A DNA stretch of 64,000 nucleotides from Podarcis bocagei (taxonomy: Eukaryota), in assembly GCA_964188305.1 (NCBI GenBank), contig OZ076890.1, one strand, 5' to 3'. A program made the translations under genes and the position numbers. Below, in pieces: positions 1-13,205 of the stretch. The notes beneath the pieces are model-generated. The model ran no database searches. It was not told the origin of the DNA and saw only the letters and a program-made list of their open reading frames with translations. Within the stretch, counting starts at the first letter, position 1. Every line of letters starts with the position of its first letter.

Positions 1-55
1 AACCGGCGTACAGCTTCCGGGTCATGTGGCCAGCATGACTAAGCCGCTTTCTGGC
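1..55 (-). mobile_element. Sauria SINE fragment, 5'-truncated and cut by the window edge
   Basis: Near-identical to 48016-48068 and reverse complement of 28655-28707. Confidence 0.85.
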
Positions 56-879
56 AGATAGACCAACACTATTGAAGGAAGTTACTGTCAAGGTTGCTCT
101 ATTTGGATTCAGTGTCTAATCATCTGAGGCATGATATGGGCATATTTATAATGTCAAAGCAAATTTGCAGGATCCTTGATGAGGGTATTGCGGGAAATCA
201 AAATTTTGATGTGACATAGTTGTGAAGGGAATTTCACACATTACTAGGCTTTGGGTGCCCTTAAGTGTCAAAACAGTCCTTTCTTCTCTTGCTCCTCTGT
301 TTCTCACTCACATAATTCCTCTGATAAGGATGGTCAAAAAAATATATTTTGTTTTCTGAAGGAAGCCCAGAAAAGGGCTCCATAGAGGATTTATTTTGTC
401 CAGAAAAGGTAACAGTTCCATCATTTCAAAGCTTCCTTCCTCAGGTTGTGTCTGTGTGTATAATTTTCCCCATTTGCCTCCTGGACGTCAAGGCAGTAGT
501 GGTGACAAACTCAGGGTTGTCATAGGAGAGGCTTTTTTTGCCAGGAGGGAGAAGTCAGAGGAAAAGGAGAGGCTGGCAAGAGAATATAAGACTCTCAGTT
601 GCTCTTGGACTCTTGCTGGGATAACTGATTCTACTGCGCTTCTTGGCTCAGCTTCCTTCAATGTTCTCTTGCTCAGCTCCTGCCTCATCACTAGATGCTG
701 GTCAGACAGTACAATGAATAAATGCATGTCAGTTAGCCACTACATTTCATACCCCTGCTTCACTAGTTATTCTGATACTTCGCCAGCACATAACTGGTGT
801 TCATAGGCACACAAAAATGTTTTTGCTTCCCAGGCAATCTTTTAACATGTTACAGACACGTGCCCACTGTCCAAAACTA

Positions 880-1939
880 CCGTATTTTTCGCTCTATAAC
901 ACGCTCCCAACCATAACACGCTGTTTTTAGAGGAGGAAAACAAGAAAAAAATATTCTAAATGAAACAGTGGATGTATGATTTTTGTGGTTCATGCTGTGG
1001 CCACAGACATGTGATCTGATGGTGAATTTGGGGTGACCCAGTGCAAAAATCCTGAGGATCCATGTGGATCCGTGCTTTGTAACCACGTTTTAAGTCGGGA
1101 GGGAAGGAAAAGCACTCAAGGGACAAGGAGCAGCATGGGGTGTGTGGAGAAGGAGCTTTTCGGGGAGCTGAGTGGGGAGGAGGGAGGGAAAGAGCACTGT
1201 TGCTTTAAAGGTATACTTAAGGTATTTGCCCTGTGCCTGGTTTTTTTCCCATTTAACAGTTTGCAGCCTTTTCCTTCCGCTCCTTGTTTTGAGGCAGAAT
1301 AGATTTGAGCAAGTGAGGAGGACTTGGATTGCAGGGGATTCGCCATTAGCTGTGTAAAAGCGCTCCTCCTTGCAGCCTGAGTGATAAGCAGCCACCAGCA
1401 GCAATAGAATGGAGCACAAAAAAGAGATAGGGGCACTAGGACCCAGACAATGCTCAAATCTATCCTGCCTGAAAACAAGCTGCTCAGTCCCAGCGGATCA
1501 GCTGAGACGCGGGCGATTTGCGAAGTTTTCCCCTCTCCCTCATCCCCAGCCTTTTTTTTTTTTACTTCCTGCTTTTCACTGCGTGGCTCAGAGCTAGAGG
1601 TTGGTTTTATTTTGCTGCTGGTTGCTTAAATTTTATCTTTCCTGCTGTTCCTCTGCAGCTTCATTGCTCTGTTTAGAGAGCGCGCAGACCTTTGCTAGCG
1701 TCTGTCCCTCCTCCGTGTCTGCTTTGCTGCCATGGCTCTCCTTCCTTACCTCCTCCCCGGCTCCAGGTCGCTTTAAAGCAAGCAAAGCGAGAGCCTCATA
1801 GAGCGTGTAAACGGCTCCCCCTTTGCTTGACTGACGGCAGCCATGGCTCCGATCCATGCATTCGCTCCGTAACACGCACAAGCATTTTCCCTTACTTTCT
1901 AGGAGCAAAAAAGTGCGTGTTTTGGAGCGAAAATTACGG
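880..1939. mobile_element. Non-autonomous Tc1/mariner-superfamily (Tc2/pogo-like) DNA transposon, ~1.06 kb
   Basis: TIR CCGTATTTTTCGCTCTATAACACGC matches the right end at 22/25; TA on both flanks; GC-rich interior with no transposase ORF. Confidence 0.85.
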
Positions 1940-2696
1940 TAAGTAAATCAGGTCAGTTGTTCTTTTAAAAAGGGATTCATTACTGAGAAACTCGGGAGCA
2001 TGAATTATGTCAATAGAGCCATAGGGAAATCCTTTCAGGCTTGAACGCCTAATTGAAAAAGACTCTGTTGGGAACCAGGAACCTCCATATAATAAACACA
2101 AAATTTGTTTTATCTATCCTGTCTATCTACATGCATATTTATACATTTTATTTCATATTTGTTATTAAGAAAGTTGCACTCAGAGCAGCTCACAAAAGAT
2201 AACTTTAGATTTATGGCAAATCAAACTAATTGATTGACTAACCATATAAACCCCCTCAGTTGTTGTCAAGGGACACAGGATGACTGCCCTCCTCCCCACA
2301 GACAACCGTATAGTTAGCTAGCCTGTGAAGCATCCCTCCAGGAATACAGTCATCCACCCAGAGCATCTCCATCTGAGGTAGCAACGTGGGTATCCACACT
2401 AAAAGTGTGAGATGAGTTTTAATGGGTAGGAGGGGATATATTCATTGGGTAGGAAAGGATATATTAATTGCAGTTTATCCCTCCAGGTACCCACATATGT
2501 GGGTTGAACAGTTTGAAACAACATTAAAAGCATAGGAATTAGGCTGTAAAAACTTGTTTTGAGCAATCTCAACTATGAAGTAAACTGGCTGCCCCCTTCT
2601 TACCCTGCTTAAAAAAGAATCGGACAAAAATTTGTAAAGTAAGTTTAGAAGTAAGATTTACGTCTTGGTTCACAGCAGTGGCAGCAGTAAAAACTA

Positions 2697-2940
2697 CAGT
2701 GGTACCTTGGGTTAAGAACTTAATTCATTCTGGAGGTCTGTTCTTAATCTGAAACTGTTCTTAACCTGAAGCACCACTTTAGCTAATGGGGCTTCCCGCT
2801 GCTGCTGCTGCTGCTGCTGCTGCTGTGCCGCTGCCACACGATTTCTGTTCTCATCCTGAAGCAAAGTTCTTAACCCGAGGTACTATTTCTGGGTTAGCGG
2901 AGTCTGTAACCTGAAGCGTATGTAACCCAAGGCACCACTG
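2697..2940. mobile_element. Tigger/pogo-like MITE containing (GCT)9
   Basis: TA|CAGTGGTACCTTGGGTTA...TAACCCAAGGCACCACTG|TA; homologous to 54597-54822 in opposite orientation. Confidence 0.88.
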
Positions 2941-3856
2941 TATGTAGGCATAATATTGTGCCTAAAACTGGAGCAAGTGAAGGCATGTCTGCATCCAATG
3001 CTGGTCAAAGGAAGAGAAAGAGGGAGTGGAAGTGGGGAGGGAACAGGAAGTTACATCTGTGATATAGGAAGCATGATTCCTTGATGCCTTCTCTACTGCC
3101 ACTGATTTGAACACCCAGATCCATATTTTTAATTGATGTAGCCTAATTTGTTAGAAAGGTTTGCATCTAGAACATCCTGTCTTAGCTCACCTTCAAGATT
3201 TTCTCAGCTCTGTGATTCTGCTTCCCCAGGAGTTACGGCAGGAACACATAAGGTTGAAATATTAATTTGATCATGGGGTTAATGTTAATATGCTGTGACA
3301 ATGTCTCCGGCTGTAATGTCCAAAGGTATTTCTGTACCTATGCAATTAATCTGACTGAAGTGCAAATGGTTGCCGGAAATATCTAATAACCTTCCAGCCT
3401 CATTCTCATCTAAGAGTGTGAGAATATGGTGATTTTAATATCTATGTGTGAGTTCTTTACATGGCCTTAATTAATTCATAACTGCACAAACAGAACTTTA
3501 CTATACATAATTGTATAATAATTCCAGAGAAAAAGTCAGTAATATTAGCTCAGAGAAGAGTCTACCCATACTTTGTCCATAAGGCATTTAAAAGTGAATT
3601 CCCTTCTGGTCTTCATTCTAGCCACTGCATTTTATTTACTTTGTTTATAGCTACTTTTTGTTCATACTTATTTCTTGTTTCTAAAAGTGCACTGTATTTA
3701 AAGATACACTGTTAAATAAGGGGTATTTCACAATTATTCTTTAGTTATTTATGAAAATAATGAAATAACTCTCTTGTCCTGGTTTGAATCTATGTTGAAA
3801 TGAAAACAGTGGTGTGGTACATAGTTTCCAATGGAAGCAAAAAGATGCCATTAAAC

Positions 3857-3994
3857 CTGGGGTGGGAAATCTGTGTGCCTCCAGATTTTCCTGGACTACA
3901 AGTCCCATAAGCCCCAGCCAGCATAACCAATGGTCAGGAATGATGGGAGCTGTAGTCTAGCAACACCCAGAAAGCCATAGGTTCCCAGTCCCTG
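3857..3994. mobile_element. hAT-type MITE followed by a second partial copy (4003-4090)
   Basis: CTGGGG...CCCTG ends; 8-bp TSD cattaaac/ctttaaac; internal palindrome gactacaagtcccat/atgggagctgtagtc. Confidence 0.75.
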
Positions 3995-4093
3995 CTTTAA
4001 ACCATCAGCCCCAGCTAGCTTGTACAATGGTCAGGAATGGTGAAGATGGCAGTCTAGCAATATCTAAAGGGTCGCACATTACCCACCTCTAAT

Positions 4094-4230
4094 ACAGCCC
4101 ACTATTGTCTACACTGACTTGCAACAGCCTTCAAAAGTACCAGGCAAAAGTTTTTTGCAGCCTTGCTAACTTTTAACTGGAGTTCATTTATGTTAGGTAT
4201 AGAACTGAGAGCACTTACATGCAAAGTATA
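4094..4230 (-). mobile_element. Degenerate Squam3-like SINE
   Basis: tattgtctacactgact...catgcaaag is the reverse complement of motifs of this tRNA-derived family. Confidence 0.5.
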
Positions 4231-4587
4231 ACACATTTGGTAAAATATCAGATCAGTTATTGTCTTTGTCTCAAAAACTGTTGCTACTTGGTATATGCAT
4301 TTATGTTCTCTAGTGTGACTTATTTACTAGACACTTACTGTAGACAGATCAAGGTCAGAGCATACACAAGATGTATGACATGACTGCATTTTGAAATAAT
4401 GATTTTAGTAACTACATCTTAGTCCAGTCACCTGAAACATCCATCTGATGTTAGTTCATTCTTTAATACTTTTCTACATGTGCAATCAGATGTCAACAGT
4501 AGTAAGGAAGGATTCAGAGAAAGAGGACAATGGAGCTTATCTTATGCCAAAAATTCAAATGTATTATTATTCCTTATTCTGTATATA

Positions 4588-4870
4588 TGCTCATTCATCC
4601 TCCCATTTGTCCCATGAATCCTAGGCATGGCTCCAAGAGGTTTGTCTTTTATCTTGCCTCTTTCTCCGAGAAAACCTGCTGTTTATTGCTGAAACAAAGC
4701 AAATGTCAACTGGGTTTTCGGCAGATTGACGTTTGTTCTGATTCAGCAATAAACAGCAAGTTTTGTCAGAGAAAATGGTGGGACTAAAGAAAAATGTTTT
4801 GGACCCATGCCTAGAAATCATGGGACAAACGGAAGAAATCATGGGACAAATGGAAGTGTAGATTAGCCCT
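4588..4870. mobile_element. Fully palindromic MITE (PIF/Harbinger-like ends)
   Basis: Arms pair throughout: tttgtcccatga..ctaggcatgg / ccatgcctag..tcatgggacaaa; tgctgtttattgctgaa / ttcagcaataaacagca; right end gtgtagattagccc. Confidence 0.75.
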
Positions 4871-4899
4871 CTTGTCATACTTCCCTCTAAACTAAATGC

Positions 4900-5030
4900 C
4901 TCAACCATTTGAGCCTTCCTTGTAAGGGAAAATGCCCAAAACCTTCATCATTCTGGCTGCTCTTTTCTGTACTTTTGAGCTCTACACTATCCTTTTTGAG
5001 CTGGGTAACCAGAACTGCATACAGCATACA
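4900..5030 (-). mobile_element. CR1 LINE ORF2 fragment
   Basis: accagaactgcatacagca and cttttctgtactttt are reverse complements of motifs in the CR1 copy at 24600-24680. Confidence 0.7.
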
Positions 5031-5148
5031 GCACTCAAAATGGATTCATAATCATGCCCATGTAGAATCAGGGCAGAATTAGAGGAAGATTTGGGAATAT
5101 ATCCATAGCACACGTCACTCCAAAGTGCTCATTTGCCATAGTATGTGT

Positions 5149-5320
5149 GGGAATGAGTTTAGCTCAGTATTAGAATGCATTCTTTGCATGCAGAAGATCC
5201 CAGAGTCAACCCTTGGCATCTCCAGGTAAAAAGATCAGGTAACAGTTATGCAAAAGTTTCTCGGCCTGACATCCTGCGCAAGATGGACAACTAGTCTGCA
5301 CTGGTATGAAGCAGCTTTCT
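5149..5320 (+). mobile_element. Squam3-like tRNA-derived SINE
   Basis: A-box tagctcagtattaga, tttgcatgcagaag, degenerate B-box, ggcatctccagg, tail agatggac...gcagctt. Confidence 0.65.
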
Positions 5321-5344
5321 ACACTTCTATTGTGCCATTTAAAA

Positions 5345-5461
5345 CAGAGGCAAGGAATCTGTGGCCCTTCAGATGTTGTTGGACTCCATCAATACCAGCC
5401 ATCGTGGCCATTGGTTGGTGGTACTTTTAGTCCAGCAGCATGTAAAGGTTCCCTTCCCCTG
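5345..5461. mobile_element. Degenerate hAT MITE, same family as 3857-3994
   Basis: gaatctgtggcccttcagatgttgttggact...ggttcccttcccctg. Confidence 0.55.
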
Positions 5462-8400
5462 CTTAAAGGATTAAATATCACATTCTTCCCATGAATTTAT
5501 GAGAGTTTTGGGAAGAGTAAAGGATATGCTAGTGTCTTTAATCCCACAGGAATGCTCTAGCCAATCCATTTTGAAATAATCATTTGATTGCTTCAGGACG
5601 GAGTTCTTGGCACGTTTACAACAAAGTATGCATCATTCAGTTCAGTGAGACTCTTAAGTAAACATACGTAGGATGTGGCTGTTAATCTGAATGTTCCAGG
5701 CCTTTATTAGGCTGCAAAGCCTGTAATAGAATGGACCTGTAATTTTACATCAAACAAATGAATTGGGAAATTATAGGCTTTACCTTTAAAGACCTTCCAC
5801 TCAGATCTTCGTATGTATACGTACTATAAACTGCACATTTGTCCAAAGATCAACACTGACTTCCATGCGCAGACTTTCCTAGCATTTTTAATGATTTATT
5901 TCATTATCTTTTTTATATTGAGTTTCTTCCTTGTAGCTCTTTCCAGGCAGTTAATTTCTAAGATACACTAATTATGTTTACCTATATACAGCATCTGACA
6001 TTTTATGGGTTCTCCATCAAGGCTGCAACTTTAATCTTCCATTTCACCGTCAGTCTAGAGATTATGATTCACAAGCTTGTGAGGCATTGAATAAATATTG
6101 AAACAGATGAATAATTTGTTACTTGCATATATGTCATGATTCCTTCTACAGGAAAGCTCATAAAGTGTATTCAGTGTTTTATTTTCAAAGACGAACCACT
6201 GGAGAACTAATAATCTCATAAATAGTTTGCACATTTAGATCATGCGGTGGGGGGTGGGTGGAAAATCAATGCCAAAGCAAAAGCAGCAGAATCAGGGAAG
6301 TGATTTAACTTTATGGTGTTAAAGGGACTAAATATTGGCATGAACAAAGATGGCACAAGCTAAGCGTAAGTAATGACTGATCTTACAGCTGAGGAACTTT
6401 CCAATCGTTAGTCTGGAGGCTTCCTTTAGTTTCATTGAATAACGAGGCTGTGTACATCCAGCAAATTAAAGTGGATCTGATGTACCCTGTATGTACACGT
6501 TCTTTTTGTGTCCAGACAATGTTGAGCCATGGATAATGTGGTAATGGGGGGGGATACAATGTACACCCCATGTTACCCACCTGTGGAACTACTGAAGGGC
6601 ATCATGTGGATGTGTTTTTTAAAAAACACATGTAGGCCCGTTCTCATGTAGCCACCCTCCAGACCTTTTGTGGAGGAGACACATGAAGAACGGCCTGCAT
6701 GATGATTGCAGGATTTGGGTAGATTCATATGGAGAGAGGCGATCCTCAAGTTTCTGGGTTTGGAGGAGTATCAGATGATTGGAAAGTCACCGGGTCTTCA
6801 TATCTTTTCCCAGCACACACCCCTTTTGGTCCTACCAGGTCAGAGTTCAATACTAGTAGGGTAACAGCCACAGAGGTGGTTGTACAAGTCAGAGATGGGA
6901 GGGAAAATGACACTTGATCTCCCTTTCCAAAGTTGGAGCTCTCTCTCCCTGACCTCAGATTGGGAGATCCAATGCACCCTTTGACTGTTGGTGTTTCCTC
7001 CTAAAGAATTTAGGATTGCAGGACTAATAAACTATACTGAATTAGAAACCTGGAGTTGATTAAGGAGCCTTATTTGATTGCAATCTCAACCATGCTAGGC
7101 TGCTGTGTCTCAAGGCTAACTGATTACTAGAAAGGAAAAGATGCAGGCCTGGCTCTTTCCTTTCTGTGTGTCCAGGGTATCTAACAGGATATCTACTGTC
7201 TTGTTCATAAATTACATGGATTGTCTCTTAGGCAGTCCTATATCACAAGCAAGGCGGTGACCCTTTTTGTAACACCATTCTTTATTATCAAGCTTGTGCA
7301 GGAAAATAACTGGCTGAAGTGCAATAATTTTGCATTTATAGGAAAAACAGGATTCTGCAAACCCAAAAGGTGGATGCCAACTCAGTGAGTGAGGGGACGG
7401 TGACAAATAGTAGCAATGAAAGTTATTTGGTTCATGTTCAAACTGACAAAGGAACTGTCAGATGTTTCTTGATGGCTGGAGGGAACTTATAGATATAAAT
7501 CTTCCAGAGATTACAGGAGTCCTGATAAGAGAAAAATATGACGGACAGAGCTGACTGACATTAATTTCAGCATGTAGCTCAGTAGTTGGTACTATAATCC
7601 AAACGAAGTACTATTGGGGAATGCTAAGTAGAGTGAACCAAGGGACCAGTAGACTGGTTGATAATGCCATTATTCATTATCTAAAAGAATTATGGGATAA
7701 AGAATTGTGAGGCAGCTGTAATATAAAGGGATACATAATAAAATTGTTTAAGATGTGATCATCTATAAAATTACATGTTATTTAAATGGTAAACCTAATG
7801 TTACTTGCTTAAAAAGTGTATGACATTTCAATCTTATTTTCTTCTAAGAACTATTAACATTGTGACTGCTGAGTTAAAATGTAAAGCAGGTTGTAATTCT
7901 ACTGTGTATTTCCATTTCCTGATTGTCAGATAATGACTATGCTACTCTATACCGGCGACATATAAAAAGCAAAAGAGCCCTTGCAGCACATTAGCAGATT
8001 ATATTTTGTTGACTGGGAAATATTAAGCAATATGTGAATTGTGAATTTCACATGGGGAAATAAGTGACTGCAAAATTCAAAGTATTCTCTAGTGGATAGC
8101 AGTAAATGAGTAAATTATACATGCAAATCAAGAGCTAGATGTGGCTGCTTAAAGAACTTGCCTCAAAATATGCTGTTTATTATGCATTTCTCAAGCCCCA
8201 CATTTCCACAGAATTTGGCCATGAGATTGATATAATCTAAGGGGCATTATCTACAGTACATGTTCACATACAGCTGGGGCATGAGAGATATTTATTGAAG
8301 TAATGACAGGTGCCACTTAAACTGGACCTCAAATTTTAAAAATATGTGTTATGTTATTGTATACTATACACTTACAATCTTTATGTAGTGATTTACTCCT

Positions 8401-8927
8401 TCATGCTGTTATCTCAATAAAGGCTGAAAGATAGAGGCCTGGTTCAGACATCACGCTTACCATAGGCGGAAGGCCACTCACTATCTTTGTTGCCCTTCTC
8501 TGGACACATGTAATCTGAACCTGAAAAACTGGTTCATCTAAACTCTGGTTTGTTGTTCCAACCATGGTTTATGAAGTTGGCTTATTTCAACAAACCATAA
8601 CTACCCTGTGGTTGATTGAAATCAAAATTTACTTCTTCATTTATTTATATACCATTTGATTGGTTTTTTTAAAAAAACCTCAAACCGGTTTACCTTCTCA
8701 TTATCCTCTTGTGTTGACCAACTGATGGTCAAGCCATCAGCTGAATACCAATATACCAAGGTGCTACAAGAAATAAAATTGCTCTCTCCACCGATCTTTT
8801 TTTCTCTATTCCTTGTTCTGAAATGGACATTCCTTATTTTCATTTAGATTGGTGTTGTATGTAATGACATGCTAAGACAAGCTAAAACATGACTAAAGCT
8901 TATTTTTTTGTCTCTTTATTTTCACAG

Positions 8928-9095
8928 GCGGGATATTTGAAACTGTGGAAAATGAACCTGTCAACGTGGAAGAGTTAGCTTTCAAATTTGCAGTCACCAA
9001 CATTAACAGAAACAGAACACTGATGCCTAATACCACATTAACCTATGACATCCAGAGAATTAACCTTTTTGATAGTTTTGAAGCTTCAAGACGAG
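8928..9095 (+). CDS. GRIK1: GRIK1 exon 2 (168 nt), amino-terminal domain: [55 protein letters not shown]
   Basis: Polypyrimidine tract then cacag| acceptor; donor GAG|gtaact; phase 1-1. Confidence 0.97.
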
Positions 9096-12000
9096 GTAAC
9101 TTTCTAAGTGACTCTCAAATGTTGTGCCCACATTGCCTCTAAAAATTTCTGTCTTTCCTTGTAGTCAGTTTATTGCAGCTAAATTTAGCTAATAAATGTC
9201 AAATAGGTTGGGTTTTTTTCAGTATAATCTGTGACAACACACCCAGGCCAGCATATTTCTTCAACCACAATCTAGGCCTTTACTGCATAATTATCTGATT
9301 CTTTGTTTTGTATAAGATTTGAAATGGCTGTAATTGCTTGCGATATTGAAATATCTAGAGAGCCATGCTGAGCTGATCTTCTTTCTAATATTTAGCTCTG
9401 TGATAGTAATAGTATGCGACAGAAAATCAAACATTTTCTCTCTTCCCTGCTTATAAATGAGCAGCCTTTCTACAGTATGGGACATATAGTATTTCAGTAT
9501 TTAATCTTCAAGCATTTGTAAAGGGTTGTGTGTATTGATGTGCACCACAGACATACTATCAATATTTTGAGAGAGCAGACTTGTTACTATCCTTGCATTT
9601 GTTCTGCCTGTGTCTCTGAGTGTGAATTTTTGTAAAATATTTTTAATTAAGCCCTGACCATATAGGAGTATTGACAAAATGCCCCTAGACCACAGTCTAC
9701 TTGAATCACAAAAGTCTACGTCAATCAAGTCAGCCTGTAATGGTATAACCTTGAAAGCAGAAAGCTTTTCTAAACAATAACCTTTTAAATTAAAAATTGA
9801 TAGAGGAAAGCCCCACAGAATGTTAAAATGGAACATTTGTATCTGCATTTTTGAGCATTTATTTATTTATTGAAAACTTATCCTACTCTTCTGAATAAAA
9901 ATTCTTCCAAGGTAACATGCATGGTAAAAAAGCAATACATCAATTGTAACAGAATAAATAGTTGTCTGCCCCACTGAAACTTCTAAGGAACAATTAAAAT
10001 AAAAAGTTATTTAAAACATGGTTAAAGAAAATAGAAGTAAAAGATCCCTTAGCTGAATAAAATTTCCTGCCTAAAAGCTACCTTAATCAGGTTTATGAAA
10101 ATATTGCCGGAAATCACTGTTGGATTTCAAGGTTGTAATAAGTTTATGTGAGCAGCAGCAGCATGGTAGACGGTTTCATAAACTTATTTGCTAGTAAACC
10201 TATTTGATTCTCAGAAACTGAAGTCCGTTATGTAGTGAATACATTTGCAGAGCGCATTCTGAATCCTTTCTTAGTAATTCATGACTCTGATGCCACATGT
10301 GGTTCCATCAGAAAATGTACAGGTCTTTATTTCAAAGGACCATGAGATAAATTACCATTTATATGATATATGTCAAGAAGGCCTCTAAGAGGTGAATGAC
10401 TAGTTGTGCCTAAGAAAAATCAACAGTCCCAAGTGGGCTTTTTGATGAGGCAAGACTTCTGGTCTGCATGTAGATTAGATGGTGTCAGACATGCCTTGTT
10501 TCTTTAGAGAAAGATAAATGGATTAAATGCTTGCTTGTCTGGCATCCTGAGGAACAATTTAATAAATTGCTTAAAAAATTCTAATCCCTGTGGAATAAAG
10601 TATGAATACTTCATAATCAGACAGTCGTATCCCACATCCCTTGTTACCTTCTCTCTCCTCTTCCACCTGCCTTTACCTTCTCTAAATTTAGTGTACTCTT
10701 CTTGTGGGGACCTCACTTTTGCAAATTATATTGTGGAAGGTAGCATATGTAAACTGAGGCCACTAAACAAATAATAACAACAACTATATTAAAAGTTTAA
10801 AACATAACATAATGGGACTAAGGTCATACCATCAATTTCTCTGACAACTTTTCCATAGTAGATGATAATCAACCCTGTTTGCTTTCACCTCTTAGTTAGA
10901 TTCTCATTGTTGACCAGTTGCCTGAGGTGATAAAATCCATATTACTACATTGGCAAGCTGAGAATATGGGTTGACTTGATGCAAGTAGATGAAGGACGTA
11001 TCCAGGTTGAAATGCAGTCATTGTTTACTGCCATTCAAGTCACTTCAGGTAGCTTTATATAGATGTGATAGTTGTGATTAGAGTTGCAGTTGAGTGCATG
11101 GTGACACACACATGCACACAGTCTTTTACTAGATGCTACGTAGGACATTTTTCTGTCTCAGACAAAACCGCAAATGGAGGTACCCCAGGCAGAGTCAAGA
11201 TGTGTAGTCCCGAACGCTGACCAAGTTATTTTGGTACCTGATGAATCCCCAAAGTACCTCTCCTTTGGCTAAGCATACAACAATAAAGCATGACATCCCA
11301 AATCAACTGCCTCTTCCAATTTCTAATGGCAAGGCTGGCTGTGCAAAGTTCTTCACTGTATGAATGTAGAACCGTTCAGAACATCTGCTTTTGTCCCAGT
11401 TTCAAAGCCAGAACAGGCTCATAGCTTTCAGAAAAGGACACTTTTGGGATAGTTTCATTTTCATTGGTCAGATGGCTCTTAAGTGCTTCTTCTGACTACC
11501 TTTAAAATAAAACAGTGGGCAAACTGCACCTTTCCGCCCACATGTAGCCCTCAGTCTAATTTCATGTGGCTCTCAGCCTAATTTCAAAAGCAATTTGTAA
11601 GTGATCCATTCAGGCCTCTTGCAAGAATGCTCTGTCCCTCCTGCAGCAGCAGAAGCAGAGGAATAGAGGATTTGAGAGAAAAAGAGTGATGGGTCCACTT
11701 TGGCTCTGACTCTGCACACCACTTCCTTAGATGCTCAGTGGTATTCATCAGCAATACCTTTAAGTGTCTTAATGCAATCCAGTGGTGTCCAAACTTTTTA
11801 CAAAGAGGGTCAGATCTGATGAAGTAAAAGGCTGTGAGGGCCAACCAAAGGGTAAACCAAAGTTGTGACTTTTTTAAGGATTGAAGTTGTTGAAATCAGC
11901 ATATAGATATTTAAAGGAATTTTAAATATCAGTAAGGAATTTCTCTGATTTGTTCCTCAATAAATTATAATTTAACATGAAAGCAGCAAATTTAAGCATG

Positions 12001-13205
12001 AATCATACATGCTGTTTCAAGGATATTAAAATGACTCCAGTCTTTCGTATAAAATAATTTGCATTTTATCAGGGACTCGGACGAGATCAACATGTAAAAT
12101 GTTATTTTGATTTCACTTTACTAGAATGTGTCAGTATATGGAAACATCACCGCTGCAGACACACAGATTGTTGACATCAAATGATGCGCCTATCTGTGGG
12201 AAAGAAGAATTTCCCAGGACGTTCACAGGCTGGATAAGTCTCTGTGAAGAGTGTAATCTGAAACCTTCCATTTGCGCATGTTCAGGAAGTTTGTCAGACT
12301 TGCTAGAAGAACTGAACTGAAAGGGCGTGTTTTTCTCTAGTGCTGTAATGTCAGAAATAAACATCATGCAAATAGATTTCTGACTTATTTTCTTTCCCCT
12401 GCGGAAGCAGGAGAGAGGGGTTGTGCATTTTACCCACGCTTGGGAAAATGTCGCCTATCAAAATCTCCCTGGTCTGTCTGGATGTCAGCCAGAGGAGGTA
12501 ACTGGTAAGCAAGCTCCGAGGACAGTGAGAGGGGCCAGCCTCTATGGAGGGGGCTTGCAAACCAACAGAATGTTGGCTTTTAAAAAATGATTCAATGCAT
12601 GACAAATATTAGTGTAATGTGCAAATCTCTAGTTCCATCTTTGCTTTCCTCGAAGGTCCACATAAAATGAGTACATCTCACAACATAAAGTGTCACCATG
12701 AATAATAGTACCCTTTATCCTCTATGAGTGTTTGCCTTGAAATTAACAAACTATAACACCCTTGGATAGCAATTTGTCAGGTAGCTTGGAAATCCTTGCT
12801 GTGCCTATTGCAATGAAATGTATCTATGGTCACTGTGCCATGCATCATAATTCATAAGACTTTCATTGGGTGAATACATTACTAGAACAGCTCAGGGCTC
12901 CTGAATGTCTCACAATCGTGACTGAGGGATTTGAAGTCAGCCCTGTTTAAAAGTAATGAAGTGAAACCCTTGCATTATTTTTATTTGAATTTCTTGGGGT
13001 TTTGTAATAGGCTGTATCCCATCTGTGTAGTTGAAAACAATGATGGTATAAAGTTTTGATGAGCTGGCCCTTGCTCCCCCCCCCCAATTTTGAACTCATT
13101 TCCCCCCAAATTCAGCAATTCCACCTATTCAGTTAGACAAAGGAGCAAAAGCGTAAAATGGTCCTACTGCATAACTGGTCTTTTCATTATCCCTCTCTCA
13201 TACAG

